Shown here: piece after piece, positions 44,441 to 53,688 of the stretch
Position numbering within the stretch: the stretch's first letter is position 1
Layout of the letters: each line of letters opens with the position of its first letter
NCBI GenBank assembly: GCA_018000295.1
Contig: JAGNKE010000004.1
Location: 60,016 to 124,015, forward strand
Direction of reading: 5' to 3'
DNA length: 64,000 nucleotides
Source: Alphaproteobacteria bacterium
GTDB taxonomy: Bacteria; Pseudomonadota; Alphaproteobacteria; Micavibrionales; Micavibrionaceae
Position numbers and translations under genes: made by a program
Notes under the pieces: generated by a model
Seen by the model: only the letters and a program-made list of their open reading frames with translations
The model's database searches: none
Told to the model about the DNA's origin: nothing

Positions 44441-44620
44441 ATGGTTCCGATTTTGAAAAAATAATCACAGGAGGTAAGAACCCCGAGTCATTTCGATGCA
44501 TAATCGGGGTCAAGCTCTTGTTTTATGGGGAGTTTCAGGCCATGATGAGCGGCGCGTGTGTTCGGCCCTGAACCGGGGATGCGCCTTTGGGCAAAGTAAT
44601 AAAAAACGGATTATTTGGTG

Positions 44621-46237
44621 ATGAAAGACATTGTTTCCCTCTGTAAACGTCGCGGTTTTATCTTCGCAGCCTCCGAAATCTATGGAGGAATCAACGGATT
44701 CTGGGACTACGGCCCGCTGGGCGTAGAATTAAAGAACAACCTGCGCGACCGCTGGTGGAAGGATATGGTGGTCACGCCGCCGATTGGCCCGGACGGCAGC
44801 CCCGTGGAGATCGTCGGCGTCGATTCGGCCATCATCCAGAACCCGAAAGCCTGGGTCGCCTCCGGCCATGTCGGCGGCTTTTCCGACCCGATGCAGACCT
44901 GCCGCAAGTGTAAAAAGCTTTTCCGAGCCGACCATGTATGGGATATGCTCAAGGATTGCGAATGGGTTTTGTCGTTTGCGGACGCATTTGGCGAAAGCGG
45001 CGATAGCGAATCTCTGAAATTTGATAGCGGCAAGGCTTTGCGGTGGGCGGAAACGAAGGGCAAAAAACTGGCTCCGGGCCTCGCTTTAGTTCGCAATCCG
45101 CAAGTGACGATGTCTTGGCTGGCGCAGGATTTACAGGAGAAGGCCGGAGCAACAGAGTTTTCCGGTCCGGCGTCTATTGTCGAGATTTTGCAATACATGG
45201 CCACGGAACAGAAGGCAGCCACAGGGTTGCAGACTCCTTGCCCGAATTGCGGCGGCGATTTGACGGAACCGCGTGATTTCAACCTTATGTTCGAATCGCA
45301 CGCGGGCGCAATCAAGGATGACTCAAGCAAAGTCTATCTCCGCCCCGAAACGGCGCAGGGGATTTTCCTCAATTACAAAAACGTTCTCGACTCCTCGCGC
45401 GTCCGCGTCCCCTTCGGCATCGCGCAGATCGGCAAGGCCTTCCGCAACGAGGTCAACCCGCGCAACTTCATCTTCCGTTCGCGGGAATTTGAACAGATGG
45501 AACTCGAATGGTTCTGCCACCCGGATGAAGCCAAAATGTGGCGCGACTTCTGGTTCGCCGAGCGTCAACGCTTCTGGAAATCTGTGGGCCTCTCCAGCGC
45601 GAATCTTCAGATGCGCGACCACGATTCGGACGAACTTTCACACTACGCCAAGGCGGGCCTCGGCACAGCGGACATCGAATACCGCTTCCCCTTCACCGCG
45701 CCGGGTTACGGCGAGTTGGAGGGAATCGCCCACCGCTGCGCCTTCGACCTGACGCAGCATCAGGAACATTCGGGCGCGAAGCTGGAATATATGGACCCGA
45801 CCGATTCGAAAATCCGCTATATGCCGCACGTCATCGAGCCCGCGGCGGGCCTCTCCCGTGGCGTTTTGGCCCTGATCTGCGAGGCCTACACCGTAGACGA
45901 GAAACGCCCCTCGGGCCTTTACCTGAATTTCCACCCCTCCATGGCGCCGAAAAAAGCCGCGATCCTGCCCCTGACCGCGAAAGAGGAGCACGTTCCCCTC
46001 GCACAAAAGCTTTATCTGGATATCCGAGAGGATTTCGCCGTCGATCTCGACATCAAGCAGAATATAGGCAAACGCTACGCAAGGCAGGATGAAATCGGCA
46101 CGCCTTTCTGCTTTACGGTCGACAACGAAAGCACGGCAGACCATTCCGTGACGGTGCGCGACCGCAACACCATGGCGCAGGAACGCATCCATATGGATAA
46201 GGTAAAATCGTTCTTGCACGAAAAGATGAAGGCCTGA
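44621..46237 (+). CDS. glyQS: Glycine--tRNA ligase, homodimeric (alpha2) type
   Basis: 538 aa from MKDIVSLCKRRGF. The motifs are SEIYGGINGFWDYGPLGVELKNN, FNLMF, RPETAQGIF, FRNE..PRNFIFR.REFEQME and GKRYARQDEIGTP. Confidence 0.92.
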   Translation: MKDIVSLCKRRGFIFAASEIYGGINGFWDYGPLGVELKNNLRDRWWKDMVVTPPIGPDGSPVEIVGVDSAIIQNPKAWVASGHVGGFSDPMQTCRKCKKLFRADHVWDMLKDCEWVLSFADAFGESGDSESLKFDSGKALRWAETKGKKLAPGLALVRNPQVTMSWLAQDLQEKAGATEFSGPASIVEILQYMATEQKAATGLQTPCPNCGGDLTEPRDFNLMFESHAGAIKDDSSKVYLRPETAQGIFLNYKNVLDSSRVRVPFGIAQIGKAFRNEVNPRNFIFRSREFEQMELEWFCHPDEAKMWRDFWFAERQRFWKSVGLSSANLQMRDHDSDELSHYAKAGLGTADIEYRFPFTAPGYGELEGIAHRCAFDLTQHQEHSGAKLEYMDPTDSKIRYMPHVIEPAAGLSRGVLALICEAYTVDEKRPSGLYLNFHPSMAPKKAAILPLTAKEEHVPLAQKLYLDIREDFAVDLDIKQNIGKRYARQDEIGTPFCFTVDNESTADHSVTVRDRNTMAQERIHMDKVKSFLHEKMKA

Positions 46238-46251
46238 TCGATCTAAAAACT

Positions 46252-47139
46252 TTAAAGCCCATACTGCGAACGGGCCAAGCGGTCTTCAACCGCATCGATC
46301 AGATCGTCGGGCAGAGAGGAGGCGGAGGAAACACCGCCTCCGCGCAGATCAAACAGCGCCGACCACCATTTGCGCGGCGCTGAAAATTCAAGAAACTTGA
46401 CGTCCTTTCCAAACCGCGCCCTGCAAAACGCCCGCATTTCGGCAAAACCGTCGATGAACCCGTTCTCAAGCGCACCGCCGCCCGTCCAGAACGCGCCCTC
46501 GAACAAATCCTTGTCTTCGCCCTTGAGCTTTTCGCCCCGCCGCTCGCGCACCCAGTCTTTGAAAACCGCGTGCATATCCTTTTGAATTTCAGAGAGGCGC
46601 TTCACATCCGCCGCCTTTTCGGGCTCAAACGGATCGAGAAACGATTTATCCTTCCCCGCCGTGTGGATTCGCCGCTCGACTCCGGCCTTTTCGATCAGAT
46701 CCTTCATGCCGAAGGAGGCGGAAATCACGCCCACCGACCCGACGATGGACATTTTCTGCGCGTAAATCTCATCCGCCGCGCAGGCCAGCCAGTATCCGCC
46801 GCTCGCCGCCAGATCCTCGACAAAAGCGAGGACAGGAATTTTCTTCTCCTCCGCCAGAGCGCGAATCTGTCCGGCGATCAACGCGCTCTGCGCCCCCGAC
46901 CCGCCGGGGCTGTTAATCACAAGCGCAATGGCCTTGAGCGGCTGCGCCTCGAAGGCCTTCTCGATCAGCGGAGCAAACCGCTCATGGCTGATCCCGCTGC
47001 GTCCGCCGAGGCTGGTATCGCGGATCACCCCAGCCAGCCGCAGCACGGCAATTTTCGGCTTCGGCGCAAACCATTGCCCGACCATCGGCGCCTTGGCCAG
47101 CACCGTCCGGGTTTTATGAAGGGCTTTTCGAGCGCACAT
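46252..47139 (-). CDS. S49-family signal peptide peptidase (SppA/SohB-like)
   Basis: 295 aa with motifs INSPGGSG and LAASGGYWLACAADEIYA. Confidence 0.85.
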   Translation of the reverse strand: MCARKALHKTRTVLAKAPMVGQWFAPKPKIAVLRLAGVIRDTSLGGRSGISHERFAPLIEKAFEAQPLKAIALVINSPGGSGAQSALIAGQIRALAEEKKIPVLAFVEDLAASGGYWLACAADEIYAQKMSIVGSVGVISASFGMKDLIEKAGVERRIHTAGKDKSFLDPFEPEKAADVKRLSEIQKDMHAVFKDWVRERRGEKLKGEDKDLFEGAFWTGGGALENGFIDGFAEMRAFCRARFGKDVKFLEFSAPRKWWSALFDLRGGGVSSASSLPDDLIDAVEDRLARSQYGL

Positions 47140-47346
47140 ATTATAACTTTCCTACCGATATGAATTTCGCCGATCTTAACCTAAACAACTAGGGGTACCG
47201 TAGAATTTTTTCAGCCAACTACCATGCCCCTTGCAAATGAAGTAAGAGCCTAGCAATGACAGCAAACTAAATCCATGGTAAGCACCTCTAGAGAAAATCG
47301 TAAAAACACAAATATAATTTAATCTTCGAGCAAAACATTAAAAAGC

Positions 47347-47883
47347 ATGTTTAACATTTTTAGATTTAAAAAAAATCGCCCAAAATTGGATGAAGTTAAT
47401 TCTAATCAAGTGCTTGATGAAATATTATATTTGAGCAATAGAGAGGACTACCTAGGCAAAGCAGCACTAGCAAAACATGCATCTAAGGCAGCCATTAAAC
47501 TTGGAGAATATGATAAAGCATGGAGTTTATTGCATGAGCAAAAAATGCTGTATTTATCGCATGCACAAAACCAAAAATGGAATGCAAAATATATTTTTGC
47601 ATTAGAAGGTACTGTATCTGAGGAACTTGCAAATATTTTACGTCTTGAAGGTAAGCATGACCAAGCTTTAGTTCATATTCTTTACTGGATAATTACGTCT
47701 CAAAATACTACGAAGAGACAGGAGAAAAAGCTAATAGCTTATCTGGGACGCTGTAAGTTTAAGAGTGTTACTATTGAAGATATTAAGAGTTTTATTGAAG
47801 GAAATAAGCCACATCCTGACTTAGCAACGATCCAATTCAAAGTGCGCGATTGGAGAGATAGTCAAGATAAGGCTTTAAGGTGA
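47347..47883 (+). CDS. Hypothetical protein (178 aa) in a low-GC patch
   Basis: A long ORF in a clearly AT-richer segment (47.16-47.90 kb). It has no signal peptide and looks helical/TPR-like. I recognise no family. Confidence 0.45.
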   Translation: MFNIFRFKKNRPKLDEVNSNQVLDEILYLSNREDYLGKAALAKHASKAAIKLGEYDKAWSLLHEQKMLYLSHAQNQKWNAKYIFALEGTVSEELANILRLEGKHDQALVHILYWIITSQNTTKRQEKKLIAYLGRCKFKSVTIEDIKSFIEGNKPHPDLATIQFKVRDWRDSQDKALR

Positions 47884-47916
47884 TAAATGGCCATCTGGAT
47901 CGGCTGGATTTTGATT

Positions 47917-48639
47917 TTAAAACAAACCCTCCCCATCTCGCAACACCCTCTCCGCCGCCGCTGTATACGCCCCGTCCGCCTCATGCAGCACGAGTCCGGG
48001 GTGAATGACCGTGGGCGTCTTGCGGTTCCTGATCGCCCTTAAAATCACCCGCTTCGCCGGAACCCCCGCCCGCGGCCAGAGGGGGAGTATCTCCACCGCG
48101 CCGAATCTCTTTCCCAAAGCTTGAATAATCGTATGAGTTTCCCCCGCCATGTGAATGACCGTCAAAGTCCCGCCGTTTTTAAGATTGCGGAACCCCGCAT
48201 CGATCCAGTCCTTGAGATTCAAATCCTCCGCCATATGCCCCCGCGCCAAAGCCTTCGAGGGGGAGGGGGAGGGCGTGTGCTTTCCCAACTCGGAAAAAGG
48301 CGGGTTGGCGATGACGTGATCCTGCGGCGCCCCTTCATAATCTCTTATATCCGCGCAAACAAAAGATGCCGCAACGCCGTTCAGCGCAGCGTTCCTGTCC
48401 GCCAGCGCCACATGATCCGCTTGTATGTCGATCCCCGACAGAGCTATCCCCGGTACCCGCGCCGCCACGCACAGCCCGGCGCTGCCCACCCCGCAGCCGA
48501 GATCCAGCACATTCTGCCCCGCCTTGGCCGGACAGGCCGCCGCCAGCATCACGCTGTCCAGAGAGGTGCGGAACCCCTCGGCAGGCTGATAAAGCTGAAC
48601 GCGCCGGTTCAGCACATGGATAGGATCGTCTGCGCTCAT
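47917..48639 (-). CDS. Class I SAM-dependent methyltransferase (TrmN6/YfiC-like N6-adenine MTase signature)
   Basis: 240 aa with the SAM-binding motif VLDLGCGVG and the catalytic-type motif NPPF (VIANPPFSE). Confidence 0.7.
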   Translation of the reverse strand: MSADDPIHVLNRRVQLYQPAEGFRTSLDSVMLAAACPAKAGQNVLDLGCGVGSAGLCVAARVPGIALSGIDIQADHVALADRNAALNGVAASFVCADIRDYEGAPQDHVIANPPFSELGKHTPSPSPSKALARGHMAEDLNLKDWIDAGFRNLKNGGTLTVIHMAGETHTIIQALGKRFGAVEILPLWPRAGVPAKRVILRAIRNRKTPTVIHPGLVLHEADGAYTAAAERVLRDGEGLF

Positions 48640-48649
48640 GCAGGAAGTA

Positions 48650-49657
48650 TTAGCCGTTCAGCCGCCGTTTGTCATCAGACGCCGCAGGCTTTGCGTCCTC
48701 CTGCGGGGCTGGGTTCAGGTCCGATTGGCTGAGAAGCATCAGATCGACCGGATTGGTCATCAGGTTCTTGAATGGCTGCGGTGGCAGCTGTTTGCCCCTA
48801 AAAACGCTCTCCTCCAAATGGGCCATCGGCTTGACGGGCAGGGCGGGGATCGCACTTGGTGCCTGATGCAGGGCGGTGAATTCATGGAAATCGTAGACCT
48901 TGCCCATCGGCGCCTGAGTGCTGGCGCGGGTCTTAGCCGGATAAAGCGAATTGGTGGCGTTGGGGGCAGGGGTGTCGTTGCGGGCCACCAAGAAGGTGGA
49001 GGCATCGGGCGTGGTCCCTTCGATTTGGAATTTTTTGTCGAAGAACTGATAAACCTGCTCCAGCGTCCGCGGCTTGCCCGTCTGGGAATCGTAGAACACG
49101 CCGCGGTTCGACCGCGCCGCCTTGGGAAAAAGGTCCGCCGCCGGGGTCAGGGCGTTTTCATCCTTGGCGTTCAGGAAGGAGGACGCGCCGCCCGCACCCA
49201 GGAAATGCGCGAGATATAGCTCGGTCGCGCCGACCTCCCCGCCCCAGAGTTTATCAAGCGTCTGCTCGTTTTCCAATGCGAATTCAGCCGCCATCTGCGC
49301 GGAGACGACCGGATCGTTCCGCAGAGCCAGAATCTCCTTCTTCGCGGCCTTGTCCTTCACCCGGAACCGCGAATCGATTTTATCCGCCAGATCGCCCAGC
49401 CCGTATTCCTCGCCATGTTCCTTGATCATCGCCAGCCATGTGCGGTCGATGAACTGGTAAAGCCCCGTGGCCGAACTGGTCCCCGCTTTGGCTTTCGGGT
49501 TGAAATTGCTCTCCGCCTTCGCCTGCTGCAGCAGATAGGCAAAATCGACCCCCGTGGCATCGCTGGCCTGGGCAATCGCCTCCACCACCGGGGTCGGCGC
49601 CTTGTGGGTCAGCGCCGTTAAATCCTTGTTTTGTATTACGTTTGTTAATCCGTTCAT
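48650..49657 (-). CDS. Lytic transglycosylase (SLT domain) protein
   Basis: 335 aa. The motif AKAESNFNP....SSATGLYQF is typical of family-1 SLT catalytic domains. Confidence 0.75.
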   Translation of the reverse strand: MNGLTNVIQNKDLTALTHKAPTPVVEAIAQASDATGVDFAYLLQQAKAESNFNPKAKAGTSSATGLYQFIDRTWLAMIKEHGEEYGLGDLADKIDSRFRVKDKAAKKEILALRNDPVVSAQMAAEFALENEQTLDKLWGGEVGATELYLAHFLGAGGASSFLNAKDENALTPAADLFPKAARSNRGVFYDSQTGKPRTLEQVYQFFDKKFQIEGTTPDASTFLVARNDTPAPNATNSLYPAKTRASTQAPMGKVYDFHEFTALHQAPSAIPALPVKPMAHLEESVFRGKQLPPQPFKNLMTNPVDLMLLSQSDLNPAPQEDAKPAASDDKRRLNG

Positions 49658-49748
49658 GTCATACTCGAGTCAGAGACAGGGCTGTACGCGAAATTCCTCG
49701 AAGACTCCGTGCAACCCCCGTGCCAAAAAACTTTGGGAGAAGACGGAT

Positions 49749-51260
49749 ATGAGTGATTATGCCCCCCCGGTCGAGGAGATGCTGACGATGCTTTTTGATG
49801 TTCACGGCTTCGCGCACCCGGACATCGACCGCGAAACTGCGAAATCCATATTGGAAGAGGCAGCCAAATTGGCGTCCGAAGTGCTGGCTCCCCTCAACCA
49901 TCCCGGCGACAAGGCAGGCGCTAAATTTGACAGCGGAACCGTCACAACCGCCCCCGGCTTTAAGGATGCCTATAAGCAATACTGCGCGGGCGGCTGGAAC
50001 GCCGTGCCCTTCGATCCCGAATATGGCGGCCAGGGGCTGCCATGGGGGCTGGCCTTCTGTATTCAGGAAATGTGGCAGGGCGCGAATATGTCCTTCGGCC
50101 TGTGTCCGCTTCTCAATCAGGGTGCGGTCGAGGCCATTTCGCTCCACGGCTCGCCGGAGCAAAAAAGTAAATACCTTCCCAAACTCATTTCCGGTGAATG
50201 GACCGGGACGATGAATCTGACCGAATCGCAGGCCGGTTCCGACCTCGGCCTCATTCGCACAAAGGCGGAGAAACAGGCGGACGGCACCTATAAAGTTACG
50301 GGTCAGAAAATTTTCATTACCTACGGCGAGCATGATATGGCGGAGAATATCATCCACCTCGTTCTTGCACGTACGCCGGACGCCCCGCCGGATGTCAAAG
50401 GCATCTCGCTCTTTATCGTGCCGAAATTCATGGAGGGCGGCTCTCGCAACGCTGTGCGCTGTATCGGGCTGGAACACAAGCTCGGCATCCACGCATCCCC
50501 GACCTGCACGATGGAATTCGACGGGGCGGTCGGTACACTGATAGGGGAGGAAAATATGGGCCTGAAATATATGTTCACCATGATGAACAACGCCCGCCTC
50601 TCCGTCGGTTTGCAGGGCGTGGCCATCGCCGAACGGGCATACCAGAAAGCGTACGCCTATGCCCATCAACGCGTACAGGGCAAGTCTCCTGTGACGGGCG
50701 AACGCGTGGTCATCGCCGAACACGCTGACGTGCGCCGAATGCTGCAAGAGATGAAGGATCAGATCACCGCAGGGCGGGGGATGACTCTGGAGGCGGCCGT
50801 AGCCTTGGATCAGGCCGCGGCAGGAGATGAGGATGCCCGGAAAAAGGTTGAATTGCTAACCCCGATCGTTAAGGCCTGGTGCACCGATATGGCCTGCGAG
50901 GTCACGTCCACCGCCTTACAAGTCTTCGGCGGCATGGGATACATCGAGGAAACAGGCATCGCCCAGTTATTCCGTGATGCGCGCATCCTTCCCATTTACG
51001 AGGGCACAAACGGCATCCAGGCCGCTGACCTCGTCTTCCGCAAAATCATTCACGATGAGGGGAGGACAGTAAACAATTATCTTGGAAAACTTGAGGGAGT
51101 GGTCAAGGCCGAAGATCTGGAGGAAGTTCGCAAAAAAACAAACGAAATCATAAAATCGGGCTACAACAAAAACACTACATTAACAAGCCTGCTAGCCTAT
51201 CCATACCTAAAAGCGATCAGTAGCCTCTTGGCAAAAAAATACACAAAAAAGCTAGTTTAA
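49749..51260 (+). CDS. Acyl-CoA dehydrogenase (long FadE-like type with N-terminal AcylCoA_DH_N-like segment)
   Basis: 503 aa from MSDYAPPVEEML (the track ORF starts 65 codons earlier). The motifs are LTESQAGSDL, FITYGEHD and IYEGTNGIQAADL. The last ~200 nt become AT-rich. Confidence 0.88.
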   Translation: MSDYAPPVEEMLTMLFDVHGFAHPDIDRETAKSILEEAAKLASEVLAPLNHPGDKAGAKFDSGTVTTAPGFKDAYKQYCAGGWNAVPFDPEYGGQGLPWGLAFCIQEMWQGANMSFGLCPLLNQGAVEAISLHGSPEQKSKYLPKLISGEWTGTMNLTESQAGSDLGLIRTKAEKQADGTYKVTGQKIFITYGEHDMAENIIHLVLARTPDAPPDVKGISLFIVPKFMEGGSRNAVRCIGLEHKLGIHASPTCTMEFDGAVGTLIGEENMGLKYMFTMMNNARLSVGLQGVAIAERAYQKAYAYAHQRVQGKSPVTGERVVIAEHADVRRMLQEMKDQITAGRGMTLEAAVALDQAAAGDEDARKKVELLTPIVKAWCTDMACEVTSTALQVFGGMGYIEETGIAQLFRDARILPIYEGTNGIQAADLVFRKIIHDEGRTVNNYLGKLEGVVKAEDLEEVRKKTNEIIKSGYNKNTTLTSLLAYPYLKAISSLLAKKYTKKLV

Positions 51261-52115
51261 CGTAAAAGTGCGCTGTTCGTTCTGACACTTGCTCATCGTC
51301 ATGCGCGCAAGAGCTCCAGTAGAATTAGAAGAAACTCTGGTTCCCTCAAGACCTTCGAATCCTTTTGCAAATTGATTTGCGTAACATTCACAAAATTTCT
51401 TTACATTCTTGAGATGAAGGGGCAGAAGGGCGGGTTTAGAAATACAGTCCTTATAAAGAAATCCAGCCATCTGAGTGCCATTAAGACAAACGCCTTTAAG
51501 TGTTGATAGAATAGAATCACGACTTGGGAGACGCCCTAATTCCTTTCTCTTAGCAACAAACTCAGAAGCCAAACACTTGCAATCATGGTATATGGGCATA
51601 TAAGCATCAGCTTGACACCACTCAAAGACATAGTTAGCTTCTTTAACCTCCGCCTCTGTGAATTCCTCTCTTTCTTCTCCTTGATCAGAGTTAAGAGCGG
51701 ACTTGTCTTCCGAATTCTTAAGGCACAACGCACGCACATCAGAAAAAACTTGCTTATGAGAAGCCTCATCGCCCCGGGACATTCGTGCAACAAGATACTC
51801 ACCGGCAAGGCATTTACAATCATGTTGCAAACTTAACTGCTCATTATTAGAACAGGCCTTATAAAAACGCTGAGCTTCGTTAATTTGCTGATCGGACGCT
51901 TTGCTGATATCAACAGCATCCTTATGAGATTCAATCGGCTGGCCCGACTGCTCTTCAGTACCAGAATCTGAGCCTGCAGCAGAGTGTTCAAGCACCTGAG
52001 CTTTCTCATCGAAGGCTTGAGAATCATCAGACTCCAACCCCTGACCATAAGCGCTCACGGAAGAAAAAATGGCAAAAGCTACAATAAAAATAAAAACGCG
52101 CACGTCAATTCCCAT
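51252..52115 (-). CDS. Secreted Cys-repeat protein (three ~55-aa 4-Cys repeats)
   Basis: 287 aa with the signal peptide FIFIVAFAIFSSVSAYG. The repeats are FYKAC-x11-HDCKCLAGEYLVAR-x..-ALC, FEWC-x9-HDCKCLASEFVAKR-x..-GVC, and a degenerate third (YKDC...FCECYANQF...SKC). GC is lower than in the core genes. Confidence 0.55.
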   Translation of the reverse strand: MGIDVRVFIFIVAFAIFSSVSAYGQGLESDDSQAFDEKAQVLEHSAAGSDSGTEEQSGQPIESHKDAVDISKASDQQINEAQRFYKACSNNEQLSLQHDCKCLAGEYLVARMSRGDEASHKQVFSDVRALCLKNSEDKSALNSDQGEEREEFTEAEVKEANYVFEWCQADAYMPIYHDCKCLASEFVAKRKELGRLPSRDSILSTLKGVCLNGTQMAGFLYKDCISKPALLPLHLKNVKKFCECYANQFAKGFEGLEGTRVSSNSTGALARMTMSKCQNEQRTFTLN

Positions 52116-52180
52116 ACAACAACAACCGACAAGGGAATTATAGCATTATGAAAGGCGAAAAACCAACGGAACTTAAGAGA

Positions 52181-52729
52181 TCAGGCCTTTGCCTTTTTCC
52201 AGAACATAAAGCGCGAAGCACCCGCGTTACTATTAGCATTCTGGTTGCCCGCGCTAAGCTTTTTCGCTGCCGGAGCGGCACCCGGCTCAGTCCCCTGAGA
52301 GCTGCGTTTGGGCTTGATTTTCAGGTCCATTTCACGGACTTCAGCCCTTAAATCCTCGATTTGCTTATGGGTATGCTGGGTGGTCAGCAAAACCTGATTA
52401 GCCTGATTTTCCCACTTATCGCGCTGATCACGCAGATCCTCGATCTGCTCTTGCGCGTTTTCAAGCCGGAGTTCCAGCAATTTTATTTCAAGAGCCAGAC
52501 GCTCTTTGTCGATATCGCTGTCAACCGACACCGGAGCGTTTTGCGCGGCGCCCGCATTAAGGCTTTCCGGCTTGATGCCGAAGACGCGCTCCAGTTCCGA
52601 CACATCGATGACCCTCCGGTCATTCTGATCCAGCGCATAAGACAGCTTGCCGCTGTTCATGGCTCTCTGAATGGTGGATTTAGACTTCCCTGTCAGGACA
52701 GCGGCTCTTTGCGCTCCTACTTTTGCCAT
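52181..52729 (-). CDS. HTH DNA-binding protein with C-terminal coiled coil (mobile-element-like)
   Basis: 182 aa. The N-terminus AAVLTGKSKSTIQRAMNSGKLSY is a helix-turn-helix, followed by heptad-rich LEIKLLELRLENAQEQIEDLRDQRDKWE. Confidence 0.55.
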   Translation of the reverse strand: MAKVGAQRAAVLTGKSKSTIQRAMNSGKLSYALDQNDRRVIDVSELERVFGIKPESLNAGAAQNAPVSVDSDIDKERLALEIKLLELRLENAQEQIEDLRDQRDKWENQANQVLLTTQHTHKQIEDLRAEVREMDLKIKPKRSSQGTEPGAAPAAKKLSAGNQNANSNAGASRFMFWKKAKA

Positions 52730-52875
52730 TGCGACGACCCTCTTTGAATGACCTCTGATACATAAGCGGTACCATGTGACCCTCTAACGGATCAATCCAC
52801 CGCATCAAAACATCCACAGGCTTCTGCAAGTTGAACGTGAACAGGAAATACTAACAGACAGGAAAGACAGGACGA

Positions 52876-53688
52876 TTAGGCCGCTTCTTTCTCAAGGCGC
52901 TCATTCAGCAACTGGCTCAGCAGGTGCCACTTTGAACCGGAAAAGAGATGAGCGTATATAAACGGAATCCAGCCGTTTTTTCGGAACTCAAGAAAAGTCT
53001 TGTCGTCCAGCGCATCGAGTTTTTTCTGATCGATGATTCGGAAGCCGGAAAAATTAACAACCCTGTTCCCGGCAAGCTCAATCCGGACCCCGCGAGGATC
53101 GGCGAGGAGATCTTTTTCAACCAAGGCCTTGCTGAAATCCAGCGTTTGCTGGGCGGCGGCATGATAGGACTTGCAGAACTCAAGCGCATCCTTGGAAAGC
53201 TGGCTGGGGGTTCCGTCTTTTTCGAAAAAGGCACGGTCGGAACCCTTTTCGACCACACTGTCGTCCAGATCGACGCAAAGAGTCAACTGGTCCTTGGTAG
53301 GCATCTCCGAAAAGATAAACGGATAGCGCCGGATATAGGCGGGGATATAAGTATGCTTGTTCCATTGCCCCCGCGAATCAACGAACAAATTCTCATTGTC
53401 GCGCAGACCGAGGATAGCAACCGGCGTAGCGTTTCCGTCGGGACTAAAGGCGATAGGATACGAATCGGCGATCTGCGTCATCTCGATGAGGTTCACCGGA
53501 ACGGCATTCGCGGTGCTGGTAAACTCAAAGCCAAAATTGCGCTTCAGGGACAAATCGGAATGCTTTTTGGCATCCAGGGGCTCAGGGTGAGAATAAAAGA
53601 GCGGAAGGTTGGCCGCAGGGGGTTGCTTCGCTCCGCCGTCTTGATTACCGGATGCTTTCTTCTCAGATTTTCCTTCAGATTTGGCCAT
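52876..53688 (-). CDS. SapC-family protein
   Basis: 270 aa. The pattern PLFYSHPEPLD..KH..L......F.F......VPVNL.E......YPIAF......PVAILGLRDNENLFVD..G.W....YIPAYIRRYPFIF matches my memory of the SapC family. Confidence 0.7.
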   Translation of the reverse strand: MAKSEGKSEKKASGNQDGGAKQPPAANLPLFYSHPEPLDAKKHSDLSLKRNFGFEFTSTANAVPVNLIEMTQIADSYPIAFSPDGNATPVAILGLRDNENLFVDSRGQWNKHTYIPAYIRRYPFIFSEMPTKDQLTLCVDLDDSVVEKGSDRAFFEKDGTPSQLSKDALEFCKSYHAAAQQTLDFSKALVEKDLLADPRGVRIELAGNRVVNFSGFRIIDQKKLDALDDKTFLEFRKNGWIPFIYAHLFSGSKWHLLSQLLNERLEKEAA

